Shown: positions 1-10,092 of the stretch, in pieces
Layout: the number at the start of each line of letters is the position of its first letter
Position numbering within the stretch: position 1 is the stretch's first letter
NCBI RefSeq assembly: GCF_000011465.1
Contig: NC_005072.1
Span: 180,001 to 212,000, forward strand
Length of the DNA: 32,000 nucleotides
Reading direction: 5' to 3'
Source of the DNA: Prochlorococcus marinus subsp. pastoris str. CCMP1986
GTDB taxonomy: Bacteria; Cyanobacteriota; Cyanobacteriia; PCC-6307; Cyanobiaceae
The notes under the pieces: model-generated
Seen by the model: only the letters and a program-made list of their open reading frames with translations
Databases searched by the model: none
Told to the model about the DNA's origin: nothing
Made by a program: the position numbers and the translations under genes

Positions 1-16
1 ATGCTATTCGAGTCAT

Positions 17-883
17 TTAATTAATATAACGCATACTAAAATCAATCCAATTACTTTTAGTAATTGAAGAACTTGTTGAAATCAAATCAATTCCATCAAT
101 TAAATAGTTACTAATGTTTATTGGATTAATTCCAGATACCTCTATGATTAAATCATTCCTAATTGTTCTAATAGAGTTATTTGTTGATAACTGTCTTAAT
201 TCTTTAATGCCTTCTTTAAGTAATTCAGGATTAAATTCATCTAACAAAATACTATCTGCACCTGCTAAAACTGCATCTTTTGCTTGCTTCATATCTTCTG
301 CTTCAATAATAATATGAGTTGTAAAGGGAGTATTTAATCTAATTTTTTCAACTGCATTTTTCAAGTTATCAGTCCATGCAATATGGTTTTCTTTAATCAT
401 TGCAGCATCATATAATCCCATTCTATGATTAATACCACCACCACATTTAAAAGCATACTTTTCAAATATTCTTAAACCAGGAGTAGTTTTTCTTGTATCT
501 GCTAAATTTATATTTGTACCTTTCAGAACATCTACAATATTTTTTGTATAAGTTGAGATTCCCGATAAATGCATTGAGATATTGAGACTTATTCTTTCGC
601 TTGCTAAAAGACTTCTTGAAGGGCCATTTAGTTCAAGAAGCTTTTGATACTTCAAAAATTTTTCACCATCATTAATAAAAAAATTGTACTCTATCTTTTC
701 GTCAATTTTTTTTAAAATTTCTTTTATTATTCCAACACCACAAAATATTCCTTCCTCTTTTGCTATCCAATGGGCTTTTCCTATTTTTTTGGTAATAGCA
801 GAAGCTGTAAGATCACCTTTACCGATATCTTCTTCAATCCAACCATCAATAATTCTAGAAATATTTGGAGAGTATAAATCCAC
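17..883 (-). CDS. nadC: Nicotinate-nucleotide pyrophosphorylase (carboxylating), quinolinate phosphoribosyltransferase
   Basis: 288-aa ORF with QPRTase motifs 'LNLSMHLSGIST..', 'ADTRKTTPGLR..EKYAFKCGGG.NHRMGLYDAAMIKENH', 'ADSILLDEF'. Confidence 0.95.
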   Translation of the reverse strand: MDLYSPNISRIIDGWIEEDIGKGDLTASAITKKIGKAHWIAKEEGIFCGVGIIKEILKKIDEKIEYNFFINDGEKFLKYQKLLELNGPSRSLLASERISLNISMHLSGISTYTKNIVDVLKGTNINLADTRKTTPGLRIFEKYAFKCGGGINHRMGLYDAAMIKENHIAWTDNLKNAVEKIRLNTPFTTHIIIEAEDMKQAKDAVLAGADSILLDEFNPELLKEGIKELRQLSTNNSIRTIRNDLIIEVSGINPINISNYLIDGIDLISTSSSITKSNWIDFSMRYIN

Positions 884-958
884 TAAATTTGAATAAGATA
901 AAAATTTTATTTTAACTTTTAAATTTTACTTTATACATTTATGTATTTTAATAAAAAT

Positions 959-2341
959 TTATTTACCTATACAAAATTTGGAAAAAATATTATTTAGTAG
1001 ATCTTCAGTTAATTCTTGACCTGTAATTCTAGATAAGTTTTTTATTCCATCTCTAACTTCAATTGATAATAAATCGAAAGGTAATTTATTAGCAATTATT
1101 GGATCAGTATCATTTAAATTTTTTAGGCAATCCGTTAGGTTTGATATTTGTCTTTCATTTAAAAAAATATCTATATTTTCAAATTCTTTTGATCCACATT
1201 TTTTAACTATCTTTTCGACTAGTTCTTTTTCGCCTTCATCATTTTTAATACTCATTAAAACAGAGTTCGATAAATTTTTTTTATTTACTTTTTTTGAATC
1301 AATTAAATCTTTTTTATTCCCCAAGATTGTAATCAATTTTTCTTGTGGAATTTTGCTTATGATTTTCTCATCATCCTTATTTAATCCTTCTTCAAGACTA
1401 TATAAATAGATTATATAGTCTGAGTTTTGAATCATTTCAAAGCTTTTATCAATTCCAATATTTTCTATATATTCATCGGTTTCTCTAATGCCAGCTGTAT
1501 CTATTATTTTTATTGGTATATCTTTTATAGTCAAATTCACTTCAATTATATCTCTAGTTGTTCCTGGAATACTAGTAACTATTGCTTTTTCTTTTTTTGA
1601 GAGAAGATTTAAAAGAGAACTTTTCCCGACATTGGTTTTGCCAATAAGAGCAATTGATATTCCATTATGAATATGCGCCCCCCTTTTTGAATTTTCTATA
1701 AGGATTTTTATTTTTTCTTTTATAATTTTAATATTTCTAGAAAAATCATTATAATTAAATTCTGAAAAATCTTCTTCAAAATCTACTCTTGCCTCTATTT
1801 CTGATAATTGCTCAATTAAATCATTTTTAATAATATCAATCTTTTTCTTTATTTCTCCCTTTACTCCATTAAAAGCTATTTCGGCTGATTTAAGATTTTT
1901 TGCATTAATCAATTGATTAATTGATTCTGCTTGAGTTAAATCTATTTTGCCATTAAGAAATGCTCTTTGACTAAATTCTCCTGGATTTGCAATCCTTACT
2001 CCAGTATTATTTGATAACAATGTCTCAATCACTTTATTTACAACAATTACTCCTCCATGACAGTGCAATTCAACAATATCTTCTCCAGTGAAACTATTAG
2101 GAGAATGCATAACTGTAATTAAAATTTCATCTATAAATTTATTTTCTAAATTATCTTTTATAAAGCCATGAAAAACTCTGTGAGACTCCCAAGCATATTT
2201 AGATTTTGTTTCTACAATATTTTTACAGGAATTTATTGCTTCTTCCCCTGATACTCTTATAACTGCAATTCCTCCTTTACCTAGACTTACAGCCGAAGCT
2301 ATAGCTGCTATTGTATCCTCAGTATCGATAATTGATTCCAT
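959..2341 (-). CDS. mnmE: tRNA modification GTPase MnmE/TrmE
   Basis: 460-aa ORF; 'DTIAAIASA', G1 '[12 protein letters not shown]', G3 'DTAGIRET', C-terminal 'CIGK' (the C-x-G-K signature). Confidence 0.97.
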
Positions 2342-2407
2342 CTCTCACTATGCTGTGGATAATTAAGTAGGCTTATCAAAGAAAACTTTTTTGATTGTGA
2401 TTTCAGA

Positions 2408-2860
2408 ATGAAGCTGATAAAGAATCTTCAATATAAAAAAATTCTATCATTATTTCTGAAACAAGATGGTACTCCCTTTTTTAATGCAAAGGGAGTAGCT
2501 GTTGGGGTCTTTTGTGGATGCTTTCCTTTCTTTGGTTTTCAAACTTTATTAGGATTATTTTTAGCAAGAGTTGCGAAAGGAAATCTTTTTCTTGCTGCTA
2601 TTGGTACTTGGATAAGTAATCCATTTACTTATGTACCCCTATATTTTTTCAATTATAAAGTTGGTTCATTTTTGCTAAAAAACTCACCAGATATTGTTTT
2701 TGATAAAAATTTAATGATTGAAGAATTATGGGAAAAAGGAAGTGTTTTTTCATTAAGGTTAATTTTGGGTTCAGCATTAGTTGGATTTTTATTAGCTTCT
2801 ATTTCAGGAATTATTGTTTTTTTGCTGTATAAAAGAAAAATAAAAAAAACAGCATCTTAA
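2408..2860 (+). CDS. DUF2062-domain membrane protein
   Basis: 150-aa ORF; 'GVAVGVFCGCFPFFGFQTLLG', 'GTWISNPFTYVPLYFFNYKVG', hydrophobic C-terminal segment; typical of DUF2062 proteins. Confidence 0.75.
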   Translation: MKLIKNLQYKKILSLFLKQDGTPFFNAKGVAVGVFCGCFPFFGFQTLLGLFLARVAKGNLFLAAIGTWISNPFTYVPLYFFNYKVGSFLLKNSPDIVFDKNLMIEELWEKGSVFSLRLILGSALVGFLLASISGIIVFLLYKRKIKKTAS

Positions 2861-2879
2861 AAACTCTTCCAAGTTTAAA

Positions 2880-5189
2880 TTAACTTATTCCTACCCGTGC
2901 AATATCTAAAACATCAGCCATTGATTTAATTTGATCAATAGTTTTGTGGAGTTGACTATAACTTTCTAGACCAACACATAAATTAATTATTGCAGGTTTA
3001 CCAAAAGCGGTTTTTACATTTGCATCGCTAACATTTATTCCTTTATCAGATAATCTCATAAGAATATCTTTTAGGACGCCTACTCTATCTATAACTTCTA
3101 TTCTCAGTTGAATTGGGAACTTATTGTCAAGAATCTTATTCTCTTGGTTCCATGCAACAGGTAATCTTCTCTCTATTGGTATTGGGATAACATTCTCACA
3201 ATCTCGTCTATGAATAGTGATACCGTGATTACCTAGAGAGACAGTTCCAATTATTTCTTCCCCAGGAAGTGGACTGCAGCATTTTCCGATTCTATAATCT
3301 AAGCCTTCGACCCCAGTGATTGGTGATTTATTAGTTGCATGAGATTTGGTTGCTATTGAATTATTTTTATTTATGAGAGATCTTGCTAATTCTTCGTTAG
3401 ATTCATTTTTAATTTCTTCTGTCTGTATTTTAATCTCTTCTCTTAATCTATTCAATACTTGATGTAAAGTTAAGCCCCCAAATCCTAATGATGCTAGTAG
3501 ATCTTCCGTAGACTTTAAATTACATCGATGTGCAACTTTTTTCATAGCATCACTTGAAATTAATGATTCAAATCCATTACGACCTATTTCTTTTTCAAGC
3601 AGATCTTTTCCTCTTTTAATAGTTTCATCTCTATGGCTTTTTTTGTACCACTGCCGAATTCTATTTTTTGCGGTTGGAGTAACTACAAAATTCAACCAAT
3701 CTAAGCTTGGAGTTGAATTAGTATTAGTTAAGATTTCGATAAAGTCGCCATTTTGCAATGATGTAGATAGAGGAGATAGCTTCTCATTTATTCTTATACC
3801 ATTACAATGATTGCCTATTTCTGAATGTATTCTGTAAGCAAAATCGATTGCAGTAGATCCTTTCCTTAGGCCAACAACATCTCCTTTTGGTGTAATCACA
3901 AATACCTCTTCATCGAATAAATCTTCTTTTATAGAGGCTAAATAGTCATTATGGTCTTTCTCATTACCTTCTTGTTGCCACTCTACTAATTGTCTAAGCC
4001 AATTAAATCTTTCTGCATTACTAGATGCAGGTGAACCTCCTTCTTTATATTGCCAATGTGCAGCTATTCCGAATTCTGCAATTTGATGCATTGAACTCGT
4101 TCTTATTTGAACTTCAATAGGCCTATGTCTGCCGATCACAGAGGTATGCAAGGACTGGTAACCATTTGGTTTTGGTAAACCTATATAATCTTTAAATCTT
4201 CCAGGAATTGGCCTAAAAGTATCATGAACGACTGCTAAAGCTTTATAACAGCTATCTGTATTGCTAACAATAATTCTTAAAGCAGCAACGTCATAAATCT
4301 CGCCAAATTGTTTTTGTTGTCTTTCCATTTTGCTCCAAATACCATAGAGATGTTTTGGTCTTCCCGTAATTTCAAAATTTACTAAACCTGAAGAGACTAA
4401 GTTTTCCTTCATCAAATTTAAGGTAACGTTTAACCTTTTTTCTCTATCACTTCTTTTAACGGCAATTTGATCTTTTAAATTTTTATATTCTTCAGGTTCA
4501 AGAAATTTAAAAGCTAGATCTTCTAATTCCCATTTAAATCTATTTATTCCTAACCTATTTGCTAAAGGAGCATATATTTCTCTCGTTTCTCTTGCAATTC
4601 TCTCTTTTCTCTCTTCATTAAGCCATTGAATTGTTCTCATATTATGTAGTCGATCTGCAAGTTTAACTAAAACAACCCTTATGTCGCTTGCCATAGCTAA
4701 GAACATTTTTCTAAGATTTTCAGCCTGTGCTTCAGTTCTATTATTAAAATGAATACCTCCTAATTTAGTTACACCTTCTACAAGTACTTTTACTTCTAAG
4801 CCGAAATTAACTTCTATCTCTGAAAGAGCAATTCCGGTGTCTTCAACAACATCATGTAATAGGCCGGCAGCTACAACTGATGAACTTGCACCAATTTCTT
4901 TAAGCAGATCTGCAACAGCTAAAGGATGGATTATATATGGCTCTCCACTTGCCCGAAGTTGCCCATTATGAGCTTCATAAGCAAGTTTGAAAGCTTTTAC
5001 TATAAGATCTTGATTCGAATTATTTTTTTTATTTGATACTTCATAGTTTTGAATAATCTCAAGAAGCCAATTAGGAATATTTATCTCATACTTCAAAGAT
5101 TCACTTTCATAATTTTTATTTTCAGGCAAAATGATTGTTGAAACTTTAATTTCATTTTTTTCTTTTGAATTCGCCGTCGCCTCAGCCAT
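2880..5189 (-). CDS. spoT: RelA/SpoT family (p)ppGpp synthetase/hydrolase
   Basis: 769-aa ORF; HD hydrolase domain 'AAGLLHDVVEDT', synthetase 'FKDYIGLPKPNGYQSLHTSV', TGS domain 'ITPKGDVVGLRKGSTAIDFAY', C-terminal ACT domain. Confidence 0.95.
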   Translation of the reverse strand: MAEATANSKEKNEIKVSTIILPENKNYESESLKYEINIPNWLLEIIQNYEVSNKKNNSNQDLIVKAFKLAYEAHNGQLRASGEPYIIHPLAVADLLKEIGASSSVVAAGLLHDVVEDTGIALSEIEVNFGLEVKVLVEGVTKLGGIHFNNRTEAQAENLRKMFLAMASDIRVVLVKLADRLHNMRTIQWLNEERKERIARETREIYAPLANRLGINRFKWELEDLAFKFLEPEEYKNLKDQIAVKRSDREKRLNVTLNLMKENLVSSGLVNFEITGRPKHLYGIWSKMERQQKQFGEIYDVAALRIIVSNTDSCYKALAVVHDTFRPIPGRFKDYIGLPKPNGYQSLHTSVIGRHRPIEVQIRTSSMHQIAEFGIAAHWQYKEGGSPASSNAERFNWLRQLVEWQQEGNEKDHNDYLASIKEDLFDEEVFVITPKGDVVGLRKGSTAIDFAYRIHSEIGNHCNGIRINEKLSPLSTSLQNGDFIEILTNTNSTPSLDWLNFVVTPTAKNRIRQWYKKSHRDETIKRGKDLLEKEIGRNGFESLISSDAMKKVAHRCNLKSTEDLLASLGFGGLTLHQVLNRLREEIKIQTEEIKNESNEELARSLINKNNSIATKSHATNKSPITGVEGLDYRIGKCCSPLPGEEIIGTVSLGNHGITIHRRDCENVIPIPIERRLPVAWNQENKILDNKFPIQLRIEVIDRVGVLKDILMRLSDKGINVSDANVKTAFGKPAIINLCVGLESYSQLHKTIDQIKSMADVLDIARVGIS

Positions 5190-5244
5190 ATAATTTTCCT
5201 TTAAATTTATTTTATTTAGGAAAAGAGAAATTTGCTACAAAATT

Positions 5245-6840
5245 ATGAAAATAAATAAAAGCAAAATTCTTGAAATAAGGAATCTAAATGTCAAATATGG
5301 TCCTTATCAGAAATCTACCATAAAAAATTTTAAATTAGATCTATTTAAAGGAGATCACTTAGCAATTATAGGTCCTTCTGGATGTGGTAAAACAACATTT
5401 GCAAAAACAATTGTAAATATGCTTCCTGAAGGTTCAATTACTCAAGGATTTATAAAAATATCTGGAGAAGATCTTACTAAAATTGATAAAAAACAAATTC
5501 AATTATTTAGAAGAAATAATTTTGGATTTATTTATCAAGATTCCATAAAAAAACTTAATCCTTTAATGACAGTTGGAGATCATTTAAAAGAATTATTCAA
5601 AACACACTTTCAAAACTATCCTCCTTTAATTATTAAAGATTTAGTAGAAGAAAATTTTAGAAAAGTAGGAATAGATATTGAAAGATTAGATTCATTTCCT
5701 CATCAATTTAGTGGGGGAATGAGACAAAGAGTTTCAATTGCAATGGCTTTAGCTTTGAAACCTAAAATATTAATAGCAGATGAACCTTCAACCAGTCTGG
5801 ATTCTAAGACTAGTTTTGAAGTAATGAATCAAATTCTTTGTTTATGTGAGAAATCTGGAACCACTTTGGTTTTGATTAGTCATGACATTAATCTTGCAGC
5901 AAAGTGGTGTAAAAAAGTTGTGATAATGGATCAAGGATCAATTCAGGAGCAAGGAAATATAAAAGAAGTTTTCAAATCGCCTAAATCAAAAATTGGAGAC
6001 AAATTGGTAAATGCAGCAAATATATCTTTGAAGCCAAGAAAAATAATTACCTCTATAAATGATGTTGTTTTAGAGGTTAATAATTTAAGACACTGGTATA
6101 AATTAAATTCTTCAATTTTCCAACCCAAATGGAATAAGGCTTTAAAAGAAGTTAGTTTTAAATTGTATCGAAATGAAGTCCTTGGAATTGTTGGATCTTC
6201 TGGGAGCGGAAAAAGTACTTTATGTAGAGCTTTAATAGGACTCTTGAAGGTGAGAGGAGGTGAAATAAAAGTTTATGAAAGAAATTTAGAATTACATAAA
6301 AAAAAGTCTAATAATTTTAAAAATATACAAATAGTTTTCCAAGATCCTTTTTCAAGTTTGAATCCAAAAATGAAAATTAAAAATATTTTGAAGGATATAT
6401 TTTTAATTCAAAAAATATCTAATAATTATCAAATTAAAAATGAGATTAAACTAATTTTGAAAAATTTAAATCTACCTTCAGATTCTGAATTCTTAAACTC
6501 CTACCCCAATCAATTATCTGGCGGTCAATTACAAAGAATTTCAATTGCAAGATCATTATTACTTAAACCAAAAATTCTCATCTGCGATGAAAGTGTAAAT
6601 ATGTTAGATGCATATGTAAAAGTTGAGATACTTGATTTACTTAGAAAGATACAAGAAAAAATGGATTTAACTATAATTTTCATTACTCATGATTTAGGAA
6701 TTGCAAAGAAATTTTGTAATAGATTATTAGTTATGAATTATGGACAGATTATTGAAGAAGGCGATTCAGTTACAGTTTTTTCTAATCCTAAGAATAATGT
6801 TACAAAAGCTTTAGTAAATAGCTCCTTAAACCTTAATTGA
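5245..6840 (+). CDS. ABC transporter ATP-binding protein with two fused ATPase domains (oligopeptide/nickel/microcin C type)
   Basis: 531 aa; Walker A x2 ('GPSGCGKTTFA', 'GSSGSGKSTLC'), signatures 'FSGGMRQRVSIA' and 'LSGGQLQRISIA', Walker B 'ILIADEPSTSLD' and 'ILICDESVNMLD'. Confidence 0.9.
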   Translation: MKINKSKILEIRNLNVKYGPYQKSTIKNFKLDLFKGDHLAIIGPSGCGKTTFAKTIVNMLPEGSITQGFIKISGEDLTKIDKKQIQLFRRNNFGFIYQDSIKKLNPLMTVGDHLKELFKTHFQNYPPLIIKDLVEENFRKVGIDIERLDSFPHQFSGGMRQRVSIAMALALKPKILIADEPSTSLDSKTSFEVMNQILCLCEKSGTTLVLISHDINLAAKWCKKVVIMDQGSIQEQGNIKEVFKSPKSKIGDKLVNAANISLKPRKIITSINDVVLEVNNLRHWYKLNSSIFQPKWNKALKEVSFKLYRNEVLGIVGSSGSGKSTLCRALIGLLKVRGGEIKVYERNLELHKKKSNNFKNIQIVFQDPFSSLNPKMKIKNILKDIFLIQKISNNYQIKNEIKLILKNLNLPSDSEFLNSYPNQLSGGQLQRISIARSLLLKPKILICDESVNMLDAYVKVEILDLLRKIQEKMDLTIIFITHDLGIAKKFCNRLLVMNYGQIIEEGDSVTVFSNPKNNVTKALVNSSLNLN

Positions 6841-7794
6841 TTTTTTTAAGACTCTCAATAATTTCTGAAATTCTTGGGGTAATTCTGCTTCAAATTTCAT
6901 TTCTTCTCCATTTATAGGATGAAAAAGTCCTAGCTCTACAGCATGTAAAGCCTGACCATCCAATTTGCAAGGAAGCTTTTTACACCTTCCATATAAAGGA
7001 TCACCAAGAATGGGGTGATTGATATGTGCACAATGAACTCTTATTTGATGAGTTCTTCCAGTATCTAATTTGAAGCTCATTAATGAATAATTACCTAATC
7101 TTTCTAATAATTTCCAATAAGTACATGCATATCTCCCGGATTTTTCATCAACTACTGCATACTTCAATCGATTTAGTTTATCTCTACCTATGTGTCCAAC
7201 AATTTTACCTTCTGAAGTATTTGGGACTCCATGAATTACCGCAATATAGTTTCTTGAAGCGATTTTTTCTTTTATTTGTATTTGAAGATTGACAAGTGAT
7301 TCTTGGCTTTTTGCTACAACCATACAGCCAGATGTGTCCTTATCTAATCTATGAACTATCCCAGGTCTTAACTTGCCATTTATTCCAGGTAAATCTTTAC
7401 AGTGAAAAAGTAGTCCATTTACTAAGGTGCCTGATTTATGTCCTGGAGCTGGATGGACTATGAGTCCTGATTGTTTATTAATTACAATGATGTGTTCATC
7501 TTCAAAAAGGATATTTAAGTTCATCTTTTCTGGCTTTAAATATATGAGAGGTTCTGGAGGAGGCATCCAAATTTGTATATTATCTCCTGTTTTTAATGGG
7601 GTTTTAGCTTTTGCAGTTTTGTAGTTAACAAGAACTAATCCCGCGTTTATAAAATATTGTATTCTTGCTCTACTCTGTTCAGGCCTCTTACTTACTAGCC
7701 ACCTATCGAGTCGCATAGGAAGGGACATTTCATAAGTAATTTCTATTAATTCACCTTTTCCTACTCCAAAAGAGTTTTTATTACTTGAGTTCAT
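6826..7794 (-). CDS. rluD: RluA/RluD-family 23S rRNA pseudouridine synthase
   Basis: 322 aa; S4 domain 'RLDRWLVSKRPEQSRARIQYFI', catalytic motif 'GIVHRLDKDTSG', 'LKLDTGRTHQIRVH'. Exact RluA/C/D subgroup not provable here. Confidence 0.88.
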   Translation of the reverse strand: MNSSNKNSFGVGKGELIEITYEMSLPMRLDRWLVSKRPEQSRARIQYFINAGLVLVNYKTAKAKTPLKTGDNIQIWMPPPEPLIYLKPEKMNLNILFEDEHIIVINKQSGLIVHPAPGHKSGTLVNGLLFHCKDLPGINGKLRPGIVHRLDKDTSGCMVVAKSQESLVNLQIQIKEKIASRNYIAVIHGVPNTSEGKIVGHIGRDKLNRLKYAVVDEKSGRYACTYWKLLERLGNYSLMSFKLDTGRTHQIRVHCAHINHPILGDPLYGRCKKLPCKLDGQALHAVELGLFHPINGEEMKFEAELPQEFQKLLRVLKKSIKV

Positions 7795-8657
7795 CTTGGC
7801 ACTTCCAAAGAAATCTTTCCTAGCATTTGATTACGATAATCTTCTAATAATTTGTGAGCCATTCTTCTTTTATCACCTGAGGTATGTTTTAAGGCTACAA
7901 GATCAATCCATTCATGAGGGTTATCAAAGTTCTTTAATATATCAACTCCATATCTATCAGATATCTTTGAGAGTGAAATATTCGCATTTTTATCTTCTTT
8001 TAATTTGAAAATTATTTTTATAAATTCAATCGCAACACTTTCTATTTCATAAGCAGCCTCTCCAATATCATCACAAAGTGCAAGATTCAGAGCCGATTTT
8101 TGATTCTCTAAATTAGGAGGTATAACACCGGGGGCATCAAGCAAATCTATTCCATTGTCTAATCTGATCCATCTAAGATTACGTGTTACGCCTGCTTTCC
8201 TAGCGCTTTCAACAACTTTTTTCTTAGCGATTCTATTTATTAATGCAGATTTTCCTACATTAGGAAAACCGAGGGTAAGTGCTCTGATCGGCCTGACCTT
8301 CATTCCTCTAGATAATCTTTTGTTGTCAATTGATAATCGGGATTCCTTAGCAGATTTACAAATTTCTTTTATTCCTTTACCATTTTTTGCATCACACCAA
8401 AGAGGATATATATTATCTTTTTTAAACCACTTGTTCCAATTAGTTATAGTTTCTGTACTTATCATATCCGCACGATTTATCACAAGGATATGTTTTTTGT
8501 TTCTAATCCATTGATTAAGATGAGGATGACCTGTTGATAAAGGAATTCTTGCATCTCTAACTTCTATAACTAAATCTACCCTATTTATCACTTCAGTTAG
8601 CTTTTTTTCGGCTTTAGCAATATGGCCTGGGTACCATTGAATTTTAGGTATTTCCAA
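7791..8657 (-). CDS. rbgA: Ribosome biogenesis GTPase, YlqF/RbgA family (circularly permuted GTPase)
   Basis: 288 aa; 'IQWYPGHIAKAEKKL', G4 'VINRADM' before G1 'GFPNVGKSALINRI' and G3 'LDAPGVIPP'. Overlaps rluD by 4 bp. Confidence 0.92.
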   Translation of the reverse strand: MEIPKIQWYPGHIAKAEKKLTEVINRVDLVIEVRDARIPLSTGHPHLNQWIRNKKHILVINRADMISTETITNWNKWFKKDNIYPLWCDAKNGKGIKEICKSAKESRLSIDNKRLSRGMKVRPIRALTLGFPNVGKSALINRIAKKKVVESARKAGVTRNLRWIRLDNGIDLLDAPGVIPPNLENQKSALNLALCDDIGEAAYEIESVAIEFIKIIFKLKEDKNANISLSKISDRYGVDILKNFDNPHEWIDLVALKHTSGDKRRMAHKLLEDYRNQMLGKISLEVPR

Positions 8658-8882
8658 TTGATTAAATCCAACAAGTTGTACGTATGAACCTTTTGATTCT
8701 TATTAATTTCAAAAGTTATTATATTTAATATTAATGTAAATATTAAATTTTTTTTATTTTTATAAATTTGTTATGTCTAGCTAATTTTTAAAATTTATTA
8801 AGGCATAAGTAACACTTAGTACTTTTTAACCCAATAAGCTCAAATTAACGTTAGGGTTTCTTGGTAAAAATAGGATGTTTTA

Positions 8883-10091
8883 ATGTCGAAGTTGTCTCTT
8901 TCCAGTCTTGATAAGTCTAAATTAGAAGGAAAAAAAGTTCTTGTAAGGGTTGATTTTAATGTCCCATTAAATGACAGTGGTCAAATTACTGATGATACTA
9001 GAATAAGAGCAGCAATTCCTACGATAAAATATCTTATAAATAATTCGGCAAAAGTTATATTAGCTGCTCATTTTGGAAGACCTAAAGGGAAAGTTAATGA
9101 GAAAATGAGATTAACCCCAGTTGCTGCCAGATTAAGCGATATCTTGGAACAAAAAGTTAATCTGACTGAAAGCTGCATTGGTGAAGAGGCTCTAGCTAAA
9201 TCTAATAGTTTAAACAATGGGGAGGTTTTATTACTAGAAAATGTTCGTTTTTATGAAGAAGAAGAAAAAAATGATTTAGATTTCGCTAAAAATTTAGCTT
9301 CTCATGCAGATATGTATGTTAACGATGCTTTTGGAGCTGCGCATAGAGCTCATGCTTCAACTCAAGGAGTTACAAAATTTTTAGAACCTGCTGTTGCAGG
9401 ATTTTTGTTAGAAAAAGAGTTGAAATATTTACAGGGCGCAATTGATGCTCCAAAACGTCCTCTTGCAGCAATAGTAGGAGGTTCTAAAGTAAGTAGCAAA
9501 ATTGGAGTTTTGGATTCTCTTTTAGATAAGTGTGACAAAATTATTATTGGGGGCGGTATGATTTTTACTTTTTACAAGGCAAGAGGATTAGATGTTGGGA
9601 AGAGTCTTGTTGAGGAAGATAAACTCGAACTAGCAAGAAATTTAGAGGCAAAAGCAAAAAATAAAGGGGTAGAGCTTCTATTACCATCTGATGTATTACT
9701 TGCAAATGAGTTTTCTCCTGATGCAGAAAGTAAAGTCTCTCAAATAGATGCAATAAGTGGTGATTGGATGGGCCTAGACATTGGGCCACAATCAATCAAG
9801 GTTTTCCAAAATGCTCTTGCCGAATGTAAAACAATAATTTGGAATGGTCCAATGGGTGTTTTTGAATTTGATAAATTTGCTGAAGGTACAAATGCAATAG
9901 CAACAACCCTGGCAGATTTAAGTTCTTTCTCTGAGGTTTGTACAATTATTGGAGGGGGAGATTCTGTCGCTGCAGTAGAAAAAGCTGGCTTAGCTGAAAA
10001 AATGTCACATATATCTACTGGTGGAGGGGCTAGTTTAGAACTTTTAGAAGGCAAAACTTTACCTGGAGTAGCAGCTTTAAAAGACGCTTAA
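8883..10091 (+). CDS. pgk: Phosphoglycerate kinase
   Basis: 402 aa; '[15 protein letters not shown]', 'HFGRPKG', '[15 protein letters not shown]', '[12 protein letters not shown]', '[11 protein letters not shown]', '[13 protein letters not shown]'. Confidence 0.98.
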
Positions 10092-10092
10092 A

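Noticed and set aside
1-16. ATG on the minus strand at 16..14 (TAAATG with the nadC stop) as a possible start of a further gene
   Set aside because: Wrong position and too little sequence to evaluate: only about 16 nt of the putative ORF are in the window.
114-317. Antisense ORFs inside known genes (114..317, 684..896, 1488..1670, 5943..6128, 7083..7292, 7427..7624, 7796..8008, 8155..8514, 9565..9795, 9740..10054, 15180..15431, 16363..16704, 17065..17274, 17437..17796, 19194..19439, 19575..19955, 25417..25725, 26104..26301, 31275..31604)
   Set aside because: Each lies opposite a confidently identified conserved gene, has no recognisable domain and low-complexity or reversed-codon composition. 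They are best explained as shadow ORFs.
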